From: Octopus bimaculoides
Lineage: Eukaryota
Assembly (NCBI RefSeq): GCF_001194135.2
Contig: NC_068982.1
Coordinates: forward strand, 123,854,297 to 123,918,296
Reading direction: 5' to 3'
DNA length: 64,000 bases
Shown: positions 1 through 11,923 of the stretch, piece by piece
How positions within the stretch are numbered: the stretch's first letter is position 1
Layout: each line of letters starts with the position of its first letter
Translations under genes and position numbers: made by a program
Notes under the pieces: generated by a model
What the model was told of the DNA's origin: nothing
The model's input: only the letters and a program-made list of their open reading frames with translations
Databases searched by the model: none

Positions 1-1606
1 CCGCCTTGTGAGTGTATTTAGTAGACGGAAACTGAACGAAGCACGTCGAATATGTGTGTGTGGGTGTACCTGTCTGTCTGTGCACAGCGGGTCTGAACTC
101 GAAACCATGTGGTTGCAAATTGAGCTTCTTAACCACACAGCCATGCCTATGTTTATGAATATGATTTTATTCAACAGAAAAATGCACCATATCTTTCACC
201 AAAATCATGTCATAATAATAAATTGTTTTCACTGGGATCTAAGTCATCACTTTGCACCATTACTTTATTGCATTGGTGTTTTAAAATTGCACCATTACCA
301 CATCACTTGGGTTTGCCACTGACATATTAGTTAAAGAGCGACAAATACTCTAATTTCGGCCGAACAATGATTGTCTTTCGTGTGCATACATGCATTTTTC
401 GAGTCCTTTAACTATTATATAAAGACATTCTTTTTTTCTAATTCAAGAAAGGTCACTGCAGTCGCATTGCATTATCATGGACTCATAGAAGGACAATTAT
501 CTCGCACATTCATTATTCAGTGGTAGGGCTGTGTGCTGTGTTCTTCAGCAAGACACTATATTTCACATTGTTCCAGTTTACTCAGCTGTAGAAATGAGCT
601 GCGATGTCACTGGTGCCAAGTTGTATCGACCATTGCCTTTCCTTCGAATGACATCTGTGACATGGAGAGGAGAGGCTAATATGCACGAGTGATTGCTGGT
701 TTTCCATAAACAACCTTGCCTGGACTTGTGCCTCAGAGAGGAACTTTTTGGGTGCAATTCCATGGTCATTCATGACCAAAGGGGTTCGTTATATTAAACG
801 CTCCCTAATCCTTCATTCCCATTCTAGAACTGCTTTCTATTTCAACAAGTCAAGTGCTTAGAATGAACAAGGTCTATAATTATTGGGATGCATAATTACA
901 GTGAAATAGTGGTGTTAATGAATACCTCCAACTACAAGTTTTAACAACGTGTAATAAGCAAAAATAAAAAAATAAATAAATATGTAAATTCTATGCATCT
1001 ATTTTCTTATTCCTTAATTTCAAATTCAAACTTCTAATCCCAACAAATTTTACGAAGAAATGAGTATCCCCCCTCATATCAACTGTCCTCTAGCAGACAA
1101 TGAATTATATTTAGATTTTCAGAGTAAAACAACGCATTTTTTCAGCAAAGCTAACTATTTTTCTTTATAAAGTTTAATAATTTTTTTTTTTACTCTAAGA
1201 CCTCTCTCAAATTATCCTATATAAAAGCATCAACAAGAACAGAAGGCATGGTAAGAAGAAAAAATCAGAATGACAGAATGCAACGCCTAAAATAAATGTG
1301 AGAAGTTAGCTAATATTTGTATGTGACAGATGTGAATCTAGTTAGCGAAATCAGTAAAAAGAATACAAAAGTTGCCACATATGTATGTATGTATATGTGT
1401 GCGTGTGTTTGAGCGTGTGTGTGTGTGTGTGTTTATGTATGTGTACATGTTTGTATGCTAAATTATCATAAAAGCAATTTTGCATTAAACTGAAGGTTAC
1501 TCAATACTTTTGTAGAGTACATTTATCTCTCTTTTTCTCTCTCCCTCTGTCTTTAATTCTCTCCTCTCTCTCTCTCTCTTTGTATACATATATATGTATA
1601 TATATA

Positions 1607-1834
1607 TTGGGTTGTCTGGAAAGTTCGTGCCGATTTTTAAAGGAAAGAAAAAAGTCAATAAATACTTGCCATTACATTTTTAATCAACCAAATATGAACC
1701 ATTTTGTTGCACAATGTTCCTCTATCTTTCTTTTAACTTGAAAATACCCTCTTCCCAGAATTGAGGTGGTTTTGTGGCAAATACATCGAAAGGTAAGCTA
1801 CTATAAATCGGCACAAACTTTCCGGACAACCCAG
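1607..1834 (-). mobile_element. Mariner-derived MITE (228 bp)
   Basis: 30-bp TIRs (TTGGGTTGTCTGGAAAGTTCGTGCCGATTT and its inverse, 27/30), TA on both sides, minus-strand remnant KPPQFWEEGIFKLKER of the mariner transposase C-terminus. Confidence 0.88.
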
Positions 1835-1924
1835 TATATATATATATATAAAAACAAATAGTAAATGAGTATATGCATATATACGTACAGGTATGTGCAT
1901 ACCGACATCCACCTGTATGTATAG

Positions 1925-2113
1925 GGGCATATCTGGGTACAGGACATTGCAAACAAACGTAGACGAGAACACACGAGCCACATAGAGAACATTCTACTTC
2001 ATCAGCTACCCACGTTTTAACACCGGCGTTTCGACGAGCTTCGGGCAGGACGCATCGTTAAAACGGCTCGTCTCATAGATCGCAGATTAAATTTGTATAC
2101 GCAAATTAAATCT
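1925..2113 (-). mobile_element. Penelope-like terminal repeat fragment
   Basis: Minus strand CTATGA-GACGAGC...GCTCGTC-GAAACG...CTGATGAAG...TCCTGTACCC; runs into an N gap. Confidence 0.45.
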
Positions 2114-2531
2114 ANNNNNNNNNNNNNNNNNNNNNNNNNNNNNNNNNNNNNNNNNNNNNNNNNNNNNNNNNNNNNNNNNNNNNNNNNNNNNNNNNNNNNN
2201 NNNNNNNNNNNNNNNNNNNNNNNNNNNNNNNNNNNNNNNNNNNNNNNNNNNNNNNNNNNNNNNNNNNNNNNNNNNNNNNNNNNNNNNNNNNNNNNNNNNN
2301 NNNNNNNNNNNNNNNNNNNNNNNNNNNNNNNNNNNNNNNNNNNNNNNNNNNNNNNNNNNNNNNNNNNNNNNNNNNNNNNNNNNNNNNNNNNNNNNNNNNN
2401 NNNNNNNNNNNNNNNNNNNNNNNNNNNNNNNNNNNNNNNNNNNNNNNNNNNNNNNNNNNNNNNNNNNNNNNNNNNNNNNNNNNNNNNNNNNNNNNNNNNN
2501 NNNNNNNNNNNNNNNNNNNNNNNNNNNNNNN

Positions 2532-2815
2532 AATACGAGGGGGGAAAAGAGATACGTAGTAGTAACAGAGGAAGAACGAGAGGGGTAAAGCGAGATACGT
2601 AGTAGTAAAGAGGAAGAACGAGGGCAAGAGAGAGAGTGGTAGAGGGAGAAACAAAGGGAAGAAGTAGAAGAATAGGTGAGCAACGAAAGGAAAAGAGAAA
2701 GAGAGGAATACGAGGGGGAAAAGGAGATACGTAGTAGTAACAGAGGAAGAACAAGAGGGGTAAGGCGAGATACGTAGTAGTACAGAGGAAGAACGAGGGG
2801 GAGGAGAAAGGAAAG
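2532..2815. repeat. Purine-rich tandem repeat, 4 core units in a 175-bp higher-order period
   Basis: GAGATACGTAGTAGTA(AC)AGAGGAAGAAC occurs four times; AATACGAGGGG at 2532 and 2707. Confidence 0.85.
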
Positions 2816-3194
2816 AGAAAGAGATAGAGTAGCGTCGGAGGATATATTTGTGTGTGTATGTGCATATGTTTACAGTAGAATGTGAGAAAGGTCCCATCAA
2901 GCCAATTCTCCAATATTTGTTTCAACACACAATTTCACATCAGGAATATTGCAAACCAAATGCATAAACATAACTTTTATTATTCTTTAAGAAGAGCAAT
3001 ATTGACCGTAACTTCAAAGTTTCACTCAACTAAGCCATCATCATTCACCTCAATGATGGTTTAGTTGAGGCAAACTTTTAAGTCACTGTCACTATTGATT
3101 GGTTTACTGTACATTTATATTATATNNNNNNNNNNAGGAAGACCATTGCTGACCTTCAGGAACATTGTGGGCTCTAGGACTAACTACTAACTTA

Positions 3195-3462
3195 TATTTT
3201 GCATTTGCAGCTCTGTTAGTGGCTAATGAGCCCTGCTCTTGACAAGCATACACGACTGCAAACATTGCAAACCAAGCTTTCCCCATTCACTACAACAGCA
3301 GTGTGCTTTCAAGCAGCATGCTTAAGTTCTTCATGCAGAATGTGCTCTCTCAAAGGTGTCAACCCTCTCCTTAACTGGCTTCCTCCATCTGTGGTAATGA
3401 CAGGCGTTGCTCTCTCAGTCAGTCTTTTGCATATCACAGGTCTTTAATGAGGACTTGGTACA
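3195..3462 (-). mobile_element. RTE LINE C-terminal remnant with zinc-finger motif
   Basis: Frameshifted ESNACHYHRWRKPVKERVDTFER ... LVCNVCSRVCLSRAGLISH*QSC. Confidence 0.72.
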
Positions 3463-3468
3463 GTCCTT

Positions 3469-3514
<46 letters not shown>

Positions 3515-4972
3515 CTTTGGTGTTATGTCGTGCTTGAGAAGACACATCAAGGCAAGTGAAATCACAGTCATGGCTGATTCTGGTGTCACATAACTAGTAC
3601 CCGTACCAGTGACATGTAAAAAGCATCTTTCGAGCAATGGGTCTCACAGAGGCAATGTCAAATACCTGAGACCTTTGGTAATGTGTTATGCTTGAGAAGA
3701 AGACCCATCAAGCAAAAGTAAATCACAGTCGTGGTGTCATGCAAATGCCACCTGTGCAGGTGGCATGTAGAAGCACCCATTACACTCTTGGAGTGGTTGG
3801 TTTTAGGAAGGGCATCCAGCCATAGAAACCATGCCAAATCAGACTTGAGTCTGGTGCAGCCCCTCAGCTAACCAGCCCTGTTCATACCATCCAACTCGTG
3901 CTAGCATGGACAATGGATGTTAAATGACAATGATAATGATGATATATATATTATATTAATATATAGTAAACCAATTATGACTACCAGAAACAGCTGTAAG
4001 TCATATTTACTACAATAAAAGAATATGTAATGACCATTATTTATACTTTGCCTTATATATATATATATATATNNNNNNNNNNNNNNNNNNNNNNNNNNNN
4101 NNNNNNNNNNNNNNNNNNNNNNNNNNNNNNNNNNNNNNNNNNNNNNNNNNNNNNNNNNNNNNNNNNNNNNNNNNNNNNNNNNNNNNNNNNNNNNNNNNNN
4201 NNNNNNNNNNNNNNNNNNNNNNNNNNNNNNNNNNNNNNNNNNNNNNNNNNNNNNNNNNNNNNNNNNNNNNNNNNNNNNNNNNNNNNNNNNNNNNNNNNNN
4301 NNNNNNNNNNNNNNNNNNNNNNNNNNNNNNNNNNNNNNNNNNNNNNNNNNNNNNNNNNNNNNNNNNNNNNNNNNNNNNNNNNNNNNNNNNNNNNNNNNNN
4401 NNNNNNNNNNNNNNNNNNNTATATATATATATATATATATATGTCTGTGTGTCTGTGTTTATTCACCCCACCACCATCGCTTGACAACCAATGTTGATGT
4501 GGTTACGTCCCCGTAACTTAACGGCTTGGCAAAAGAGACCAATAGAATAAGTACTAGGCTTACAAAGAATAAGTCCTGGGGTTGATTTGTTAACTAAAAA
4601 GCTATTACTCCAGCATGGATGCAGTCATATGACTGAAACAAATAAAAGGATAAAAGGAAAAGGATGTAGATAGATAGATAGATAGATAGTGAGAGAGAAA
4701 GAAGGAGAGAGTTTATAATTTTGGGAGTTGTTAGAATTAGATTTTTAAAAAACTAAACCATCTGTTTGAAGTTGAATCAGCAAAAAAAGTAAACTGGATT
4801 ACATGTATATTTATATATTTGATCATCTGTTTGTTCTTTATCATTTTCTTTATCATACATCTTTGTTATAATATCATTCTGATATCAAAGGTACCCCACA
4901 GTTAAGTTTGTTTAAATGTAGGCTCTTATCAACAAAAGAGACATGCATTAACCCAATAACTCCAACATCATG

Positions 4973-5014
<42 letters not shown>

Positions 5015-5545
5015 TATATCTATTTGTGTGTGTGTGTGTGTATTTACAGTAGAGTGTCAGAAAGGTTCCAGCAAGCCAGCTTTTCAACAATGACTTGATT
5101 CTCATTTGAGTCATTTCGCATCACTCTATCTTCTTTGAACTTCCGACAGAAGTAAAATAAGTTGGAGGTTGATTGTCTCTTTCAAAATGACTTACCATCA
5201 TTGAAGGGAAATCTTCAGGGATAATCCAGCTTATTTTTAAGCCTAATGAGTATTTTGGCATTTTACATTTATATATATATGTATGTGTCTATGTATGTGT
5301 ATAATCAAACAGACGCCAAAGAGACTGGCGTTGGTCTGTCAGCAAAATTTGTATTTTTTAGTAAAATCAACAAAAGGAATACAGTGAATTTGCCATGGGG
5401 AGTAGAAATATCTCACATTTCATACAGAGTCCTTCTTCAGAGCGAAATTAAATTTAATTGTTCCTTTTCCGTGACGAAGAATTCTGTCCAAAATAGTGGC
5501 TTTCCATTTCCCAAACCAAGTTAACTGTACTCTTTTTCCCAATTT

Positions 5546-5609
<64 letters not shown>

Positions 5610-5610
5610 A

Positions 5611-5836
5611 CCGTCTTTGAAGACTCATATTGTCATTTGAATGCTCGAAATGAAGAGTAGATAGACAGCTGACAACTGATGAAGGGTCCTTTTTCTGTGT
5701 TAAGTTATCCTGTTTTCCATTTTTTTCTCGTTGTTTACATATTTCACTCGTGTAATAACTCCTGTAATAATTGTCCATGTCTTGTATCTGTATCTTGTGT
5801 GTATGTTACTTGCACCGTTAGTGACTTCCTGTACCC
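5611..5836 (+). mobile_element. Penelope-like terminal repeat fragment (related copy 38150-38351)
   Basis: Shared AATGCTCGAAAT..GAG..TAGA...ACAGC..ACAACTGATGAAG then a T-rich block ending CCTGTACCC or TTGTGCCC. Confidence 0.5.
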
Positions 5837-6519
5837 ATATATATATATATATATGTATGTATGTATGTATTGTATTATTTATTTTGATATATATATATGT
5901 ATATTATCATCTTTCTTCATCATCATCCTTTAATGTTCATTTTCCACGCTCATATTGATTGGACAGTTTAACCAGAGATGGCAAGCAGAAGAGCTGCACC
6001 AAGTTCCAGTCTGAGTTGGCTTGGTTCCTACAGTTAGGTGCCCTTCCTAATGCCAATCATTTTACACATTGTGTGATGGATGCTTTAACATGGTACCAGC
6101 ACTAGTGCTTTTATGTGATGCCAGCATGAGTGTTTTTTTTATGAGGCACCAGCTCAGGGCTCTTGTAGGCCAGTCCTTTTCACTAGGGAAAATGGCCTAA
6201 ACACTTCTGCTGTGGAGGACAGATCTTCATGAATACAGCAAGGCACCAGGTATCTTGGTTCTTTGTCATCTAAAAGGTTCAGCATCCTGAGGTCATCCTT
6301 AAGTATTTCCTCCCCTGTCTTCATGGGTCTCCCTCTTCCACAAGTTCTATCAACTTTGAGAGATCAGCATGTCTTTATGGAGCTGTCAGAATCCATCCTC
6401 ATCACATGACTAAACTGCAGTCTTCTGTCTTGCACACTGCAACTAATTCCTCTTACATTATTTCCATTGTTTACATTATTTACATTTGACGGATATTTGT
6501 CCTCATCTTGTTTGCTGTT

Positions 6520-6565
6520 AACACAACGTTTCAGCTGATGTACCCTCCAGCCTTCATCAGGTGTC
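6520..6565 (-). ncRNA. Minimal type I hammerhead ribozyme, core intact
   Basis: Minus strand reads GACAC-CTGATGA-A-GGCTG-gagggtacat-CAGCT-GAA-ACGT-T-GTGTT: stem I GACAC/GTGTT, stem II GGCTG/CAGCT, palindromic stem III ACGT, cleavage triplet GUU. Confidence 0.75.
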
Positions 6566-6614
6566 TTGGGGAAATTTCGAACCTGGGTTCTCATTCATAA
6601 GGTATTTTTCGATG

Positions 6615-6656
<42 letters not shown>

Positions 6657-6869
6657 TCACTGCCTGGAATCAAACTCGGAATCTTGGGGTTAGTAGTCCG
6701 TGCTCTTAACCACTACGCCATATGCCCGTGGTTAAGAGCGCAGGCTACTAACCCCCAAAATTCTGAGTTCAATTCCAGGCAGTGACCTGAATAATAATAA
6801 TGATAATAATAACAACAACAACATTGAAAAATACCTTAGGAATGAGAACCCAGGTTCAAAATTTCCCAA

Positions 6870-6915
6870 GACACCTGATAAAGCCTGGAAGGTATATCAG
6901 CTGAAACGTTGTGTT
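6870..6915 (+). ncRNA. Hammerhead copy with mutated core
   Basis: GACAC-CTGATAA-AGCCTG...CAGCT-GAAACGTT-GTGTT; G8 changed to A and a stem II mismatch. Confidence 0.6.
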
Positions 6916-7648
6916 AACAACAAAGATGAGGACAAATATCCATCAAATGTAAATAATTCCTCATCTCTTAAATATAGAACTGTAATTCCTCGTATTACCA
7001 ACTTCTGTCTCAGTAATCTGAGCCTGAATGAGCCAGGTTTCTGTTAGAAGCCTTCAGAAATGTGCATCTAGCATTCTCATCATCCTGTTGGATGATTTTT
7101 GTCTGCTTATGATATATTTGTGTTTTAAAACATGGTAAAGAATATTATCTCTTGATTTGCCTCTTTGTGGTGATTCATATGCATTTAATATGATACATAG
7201 ATGGCTATTTTAATCTAATACTGCTTCTGTTGCACATAAAGAATGTGTGTGTGTGTGTAGTAAAATGAGAAATAGAAAGTCCTTGGTACCGTATTATGTA
7301 TTTGAAAAACATGAATAGAAATGGCTTCCTTTTAACTTATAAAATTATTAAAGTGGAAAAATGATCAGAAAAGCCATATCCATAATGAGCTTCTTTCAGT
7401 TTCCATTTACCAAATCCATTCACAAGGCTTTGATCAGCCTGAGGCTATAATAGGAAACACTTGCCCAAGGTTCCACATAGTGAAACAGAACCCGGAACTA
7501 TGTAGTTGGGAAGCAAGGTTCTGACCACACATGTATGGCTGCAGGCATGGCTGTATGTGTGTGGTTTTGGGTTCAGTCCTGCTGCAGTATTTCGGGCAAG
7601 TGTCTTCAATTTGGTAAATAGAAACTATATAGAAGGCCATCATAGACT

Positions 7649-7686
<38 letters not shown>

Positions 7687-8777
7687 TCTCTCCACACTGC
7701 TTGACAGCTGGTGTTGGTTTATTTATATCCCCATGAATTAGTGATCAGGCAATAGAGACTTATAGAATAAGTACAAAACTTTGAAAAATAATAAATTTGA
7801 TATAACATAACATATTTGACTTTATATTGAGTCCTTTCATCATAAAAAGGTTGCTTTTCTCACTACACAACTGTAATATACACACATACATGTGTGTGTG
7901 CATGTGCATATGTATGTATAATAAATTGTTATATGTTTATACATACATATACATATATTCATATATATATATATATATATATATATANNNNNNNNNNNNN
8001 NNNNNNNNNNNNNNNNNNNNNNNNNNNNNNNNNNNNNNNNNNNNNNNNNNNNNNNNNNNNNNNNNNNNNNNNNNNNNNNNNNNNNNNNNNNNNNNNNNNN
8101 NNNNNNNNNNNNNNNNNNNNNNNNNNNNNNNNNNNNNNNNNNNNNNNNNNNNNNNNNNNNNNNNNNNNNNNNNNNNNNNNNNNNNNNNNNNNNNNNNNNN
8201 NNNNNNNNNNNNNNNNNNNNNNNNNNNNNNNNNNNNNNNNNNNNNNNNNNNNNNNNNNNNNNNNNNNNNNNNNNNNNNNNNNNNNNNNNNNNNNNNNNNN
8301 NNNNNNNNNNNNNNNNNNNNNNNNNNNNNNNNNNNNNNNNNNNNNNNNNNNNNNNNNNNNNNNNNNNNNNNNNNNNNNNNNNNNNNNNNNNNNNNNNNNN
8401 NNNNNNNNNNNNNNNNNNNNNNNNNNNNNNNNNNNNNNNNNNNNNNNNNNNNNNNNNNNNNNNNNNNNNNNNNNNNNNNNNNNNNNNNNNNNNNNNNNNN
8501 NNNNNNNNNNNNNNNNNNNNNNNNNNNNNNNNNNNNNNNNNNNNNNNNNNNNNNNNNNNNNNNNNNNNNNNNNNNNNNNNNNNNNNNNNNNNNNNNNNNN
8601 NNNNNNNNNNNNNNNNNNNNNNNNNNNNNNNNNNNNNNNNNNNNNNNNNNNNNNNNNNNNNNNNNNNNNNNNNNNNNNNNNNNNNNNNNNNNNNNNNNNN
8701 NNNNNNNNNNNNNNNNNNNNNNNNNNNNNNNNNNNNNNNNNNNNNNNNNNNNNNNNNNNNNNNNNNNNNNNNNNNNN

Positions 8778-8819
<42 letters not shown>

Positions 8820-10988
8820 ATGATGCCTCAATATATTCACCTAAAAGTGAATATATGTATATGTGTACAGATGTCTGTATGCATGTGTGTGTTTATGTGT
8901 GAACAAATGCATGTGGATGAATATATACATATATACATTATTTGGGTAGCTACAGAGGTGAGTTCTTGTATGTACATATGAAACTTTACAATAGCACCAG
9001 CCGTAAGCATAACATGACATTGTTAGGCTTTCTAAACAGTGACATCCAATGCCTGAGGCAGTTGTTTTTATAAGGCTTCAGCTGTGCATCTGGCTTGTGG
9101 CTCATACATTTTTGGTATAAAAATAGCTTCTAATGTTTTCCATCAGTGTTGAAAATTTTATATGGATTTTAGTGCTATTTTGTAGTGTTCACCCATATAT
9201 CTAAATCTGCTTTCTCTCTCTTCACACACACACACACACACACACATATATGCATGCATATTTTATATACATGTATGTGTATATGTATATGTGTGTGTGT
9301 GTGGGGGGGAATAGATAGATAGATAAATATCATCGTAATCATCATCATCATCGTTTACCATCCACTTCTCATGCTGGCATGGGTTAGACAGTTTGACTGA
9401 GGACTGGTGAGCCACGAGGTTGCACCAGGCTCCATTCTGATCTGGCAAGGTTCCTACAGCTGGATGCCCTTCCTAACGCCAATCACTTCATGAGTGTATG
9501 TAGTGGGTGTGCTTTTTACATGTCACTGGCACGGGGGCCAGTCAGGCAGCACTGGCATTGGCCATGCTCAAATGGTACTTTTTACATGCCACCAGCATAG
9601 GAGCCAGTTGGGGCGGCACTGGCACCGACCATGCTTGATTGGTGCTTTTTATGTGCCACTGGCATGAGAGCCTGTGAGGTGGCACTGGCACCGACCATGC
9701 TCAAATGGTGCGTTTTATATGCACAGGTACCAGTTAGGAGTCACTGGCATCAGCCATGAATAACACACTTATTGGGAGTTACATGTATGGATCAAACAGT
9801 TTGATTCAAATTCCTTGGTACTCCAAGTTTCAAGCATGATGATCGTCTTCAGCCATTGGAATTAGAATGAGATGTCGACAGGAAAAAATCACTGCTAATT
9901 ACTGGATGTTAGTCTGTTATTGGTCAAGAAAAGTGATGCGGTGTCACAGTTTCATGTTAGTATTTCAGTAACAATTACTTGGAAAATGCCACATGATGAA
10001 CAAAAAATCGACCACATGGTGTACAGGTCACCTAGCTGGGAAGAAAATAGGAAGGGGTGGAAATGTGCAAGCATATATGCATATATGTGTGTGTACATGT
10101 GCTTATATATATATCTATGTTTGTGTATCTGTATTTATGTGAGTCTATGTGTGCTCATAGGTGTACATTCACACATACACACAGACACACAAGGACATGT
10201 GCGTGCATATGTGTGCATACACACACACACACACACACACATATATAAAATAACATATGGATTGTGGTTCACTACAGATGTTTCAGACATGTCTTTTATT
10301 GATGAACAGAAGTGTTACATCATGCAAAAGACCATTTTCATCAAGTGAATACAAGTAAAAATTAAACATTTTGACCCTCCGACCAAATTTGGGTCAGTAG
10401 AGTCAAATGGCACTTTGTACTTGTTCTTGATAAATTCAAAACATTTAATTCATACCTGTATTCACCTCATGAAAACTGCTTGTTAGCATGCTGTAACACT
10501 TCTGTTCATCAAAAAAAAAAAACACATTTGAAACAGCTGCAGTGAACCTCAATCCACCTGTTGTTATTTGCTTATCCTTCCCCTAACTCAGAACCTACAA
10601 TTCCTAGCATGCAAAGCGGACGTTAAACGATGATGATGATGATGATCACCATAACTGGTTGCCTTTGTAATTGCAGTTTACTTCTCTAATCCAAACAAAT
10701 CTCATAGATATTTTTTTTTTAGTGTTCTTTGTATACTTGCACTACTGAGTTCAAATCCTACCATGGCTTTAGTGTAGAGGTGGATGAATTCCACTAAGTT
10801 GACATATGGGATATATTGCTTAAAGACTTCATCTTCCTTGGTGTTCCAGGAAAACATTCAAATGTTTCAGGAAAATTTCTATTTATGTATGTATCTGTCT
10901 GTGTATATGTAGATATATATGATGTGTGTGAGTCTGTGTATATAAATTTGAATAACTGAAATTTAAATGTGTATGTACATACACACAC

Positions 10989-11078
<90 letters not shown>

Positions 11079-11152
11079 ATATATGTGTATATGTATGTAT
11101 ATATGTATGTATATATGTATGTGTGTGCATAGAGAAAGAGAGTGAGAGAGAC

Positions 11153-11186
<34 letters not shown>

Positions 11187-11200
11187 ATATATATGTATAT

Positions 11201-11221
11201 ATGTCTGAATAACTGAAGACA

Positions 11222-11271
<50 letters not shown>

Positions 11272-11351
11272 ATATATATGTATATATGTCTGAATAACTG
11301 AAGACAATGTGTGTATATATATATGTATATATGTCTGAATAACTGAAGACA

Positions 11352-11389
<38 letters not shown>

Positions 11390-11402
11390 CTGAATAACTG
11401 AA
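11201..11402. repeat. Minisatellite with a 26-bp unit separated by variable (TA/TG)n
   Basis: ATGTCTGAATAACTGAAGACAATGTG at 11201, 11286, 11331 and partial at 11386. Confidence 0.85.
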
Positions 11403-11923
11403 CAAGCATGGGAAATGAATTAAAGAAAAATAAAACGGCATGCTAAAATTGTGCAGTGAAGAGGATAGAGGCGTATGTTGTTGGTTAGTTAGGTATGCAG
11501 CAAGTCACTTTGTTAGATAATCAAATGTAGCCTGCACCAAGATTTGCAGAAGCTCTGCTAGACAGAATGCATCTCTGTGGTATAACATATCAGAGCTGAA
11601 ATGTATTTTTACCTGCATGTATTTAAAAATGGCATTTGTCAAAATAATTCTTTCTACTTTTGGCACAAGGCCTGAAAAGTGGGAAGTTGATAACACTGAC
11701 CTCAGTGCTCAACTGGTACTTATCAGCCCTAAATTGATGAAAGACACACTTGATGTTGAGGAATTTTAACTCACAATGTAAAAACAGAAGAAATGCCACA
11801 AAGTATTTTGTTCAACCTACTAATATATCTGTCAGTTCACTGTCTGGACGTTTATCAAAATAATTCTTCAAGAAAACAATGGCATAAAGCATAATACTCA
11901 TCTCGATCGTTCTTTATGAGTGT

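Larger units (their letters stand above)
6453..6982. mobile_element. Fold-back dimer of a tRNA-headed, hammerhead-bearing non-autonomous element
   Basis: Two inverted arms (6453-6722 on minus, 6728-6982 on plus), each tRNA-like head, (AAT)n, body, hammerhead and (AATGTAAAT)n-like tail; flanked by TAATTCCTC at 6444-6452 and 6983-6991. Confidence 0.85.
5905..7030 (-). mobile_element. RTE LINE 3' fragment interrupted by the hammerhead fold-back
   Basis: Minus-strand LRQKLVIRGI | SCSVQDRRLQFSHVMRMD...GRGRPMKT is contiguous once 6453-6991 is removed; (GAT)n-type tail near 5910-5930. Confidence 0.8.

Noticed and set aside
2870-5095. Two similar 45-bp segments (about 2870-2915 and 5044-5090) that read ILENWLDGTFLTFY and LLKSWLAGTFLTLY on the minus strand before a GTAAA, suggesting duplicated exons of a nested gene
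   Set aside because: No convincing acceptor, in-frame stops just upstream, and both abut (GT)n; more likely the end of a dispersed repeat.
5196-5242. Possible minus-strand micro-exon (AG...GTAAGT; LKISWIIPEDFPSMM)
   Set aside because: Isolated, with no partner exons or recognisable domain; such site pairs arise by chance in AT-rich DNA.
5420-5455. Minus-strand CTGAAGAAGGACTCTGTATGAAA as another hammerhead
   Set aside because: Stem II cannot close and no stem I or UH triplet fits; too degraded to call.
6660-6790. tRNA-like sequences as functional tRNA genes (also 39513-39580 and the SINE heads)
   Set aside because: A and B boxes are present but the acceptor and anticodon stems are incomplete and the heads are fused to repeat bodies.
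11201-11402. Repeat-spacer array resembling CRISPR
   Set aside because: Spacers are dinucleotide microsatellites, the context is an animal genome, and there are no cas genes or leader.
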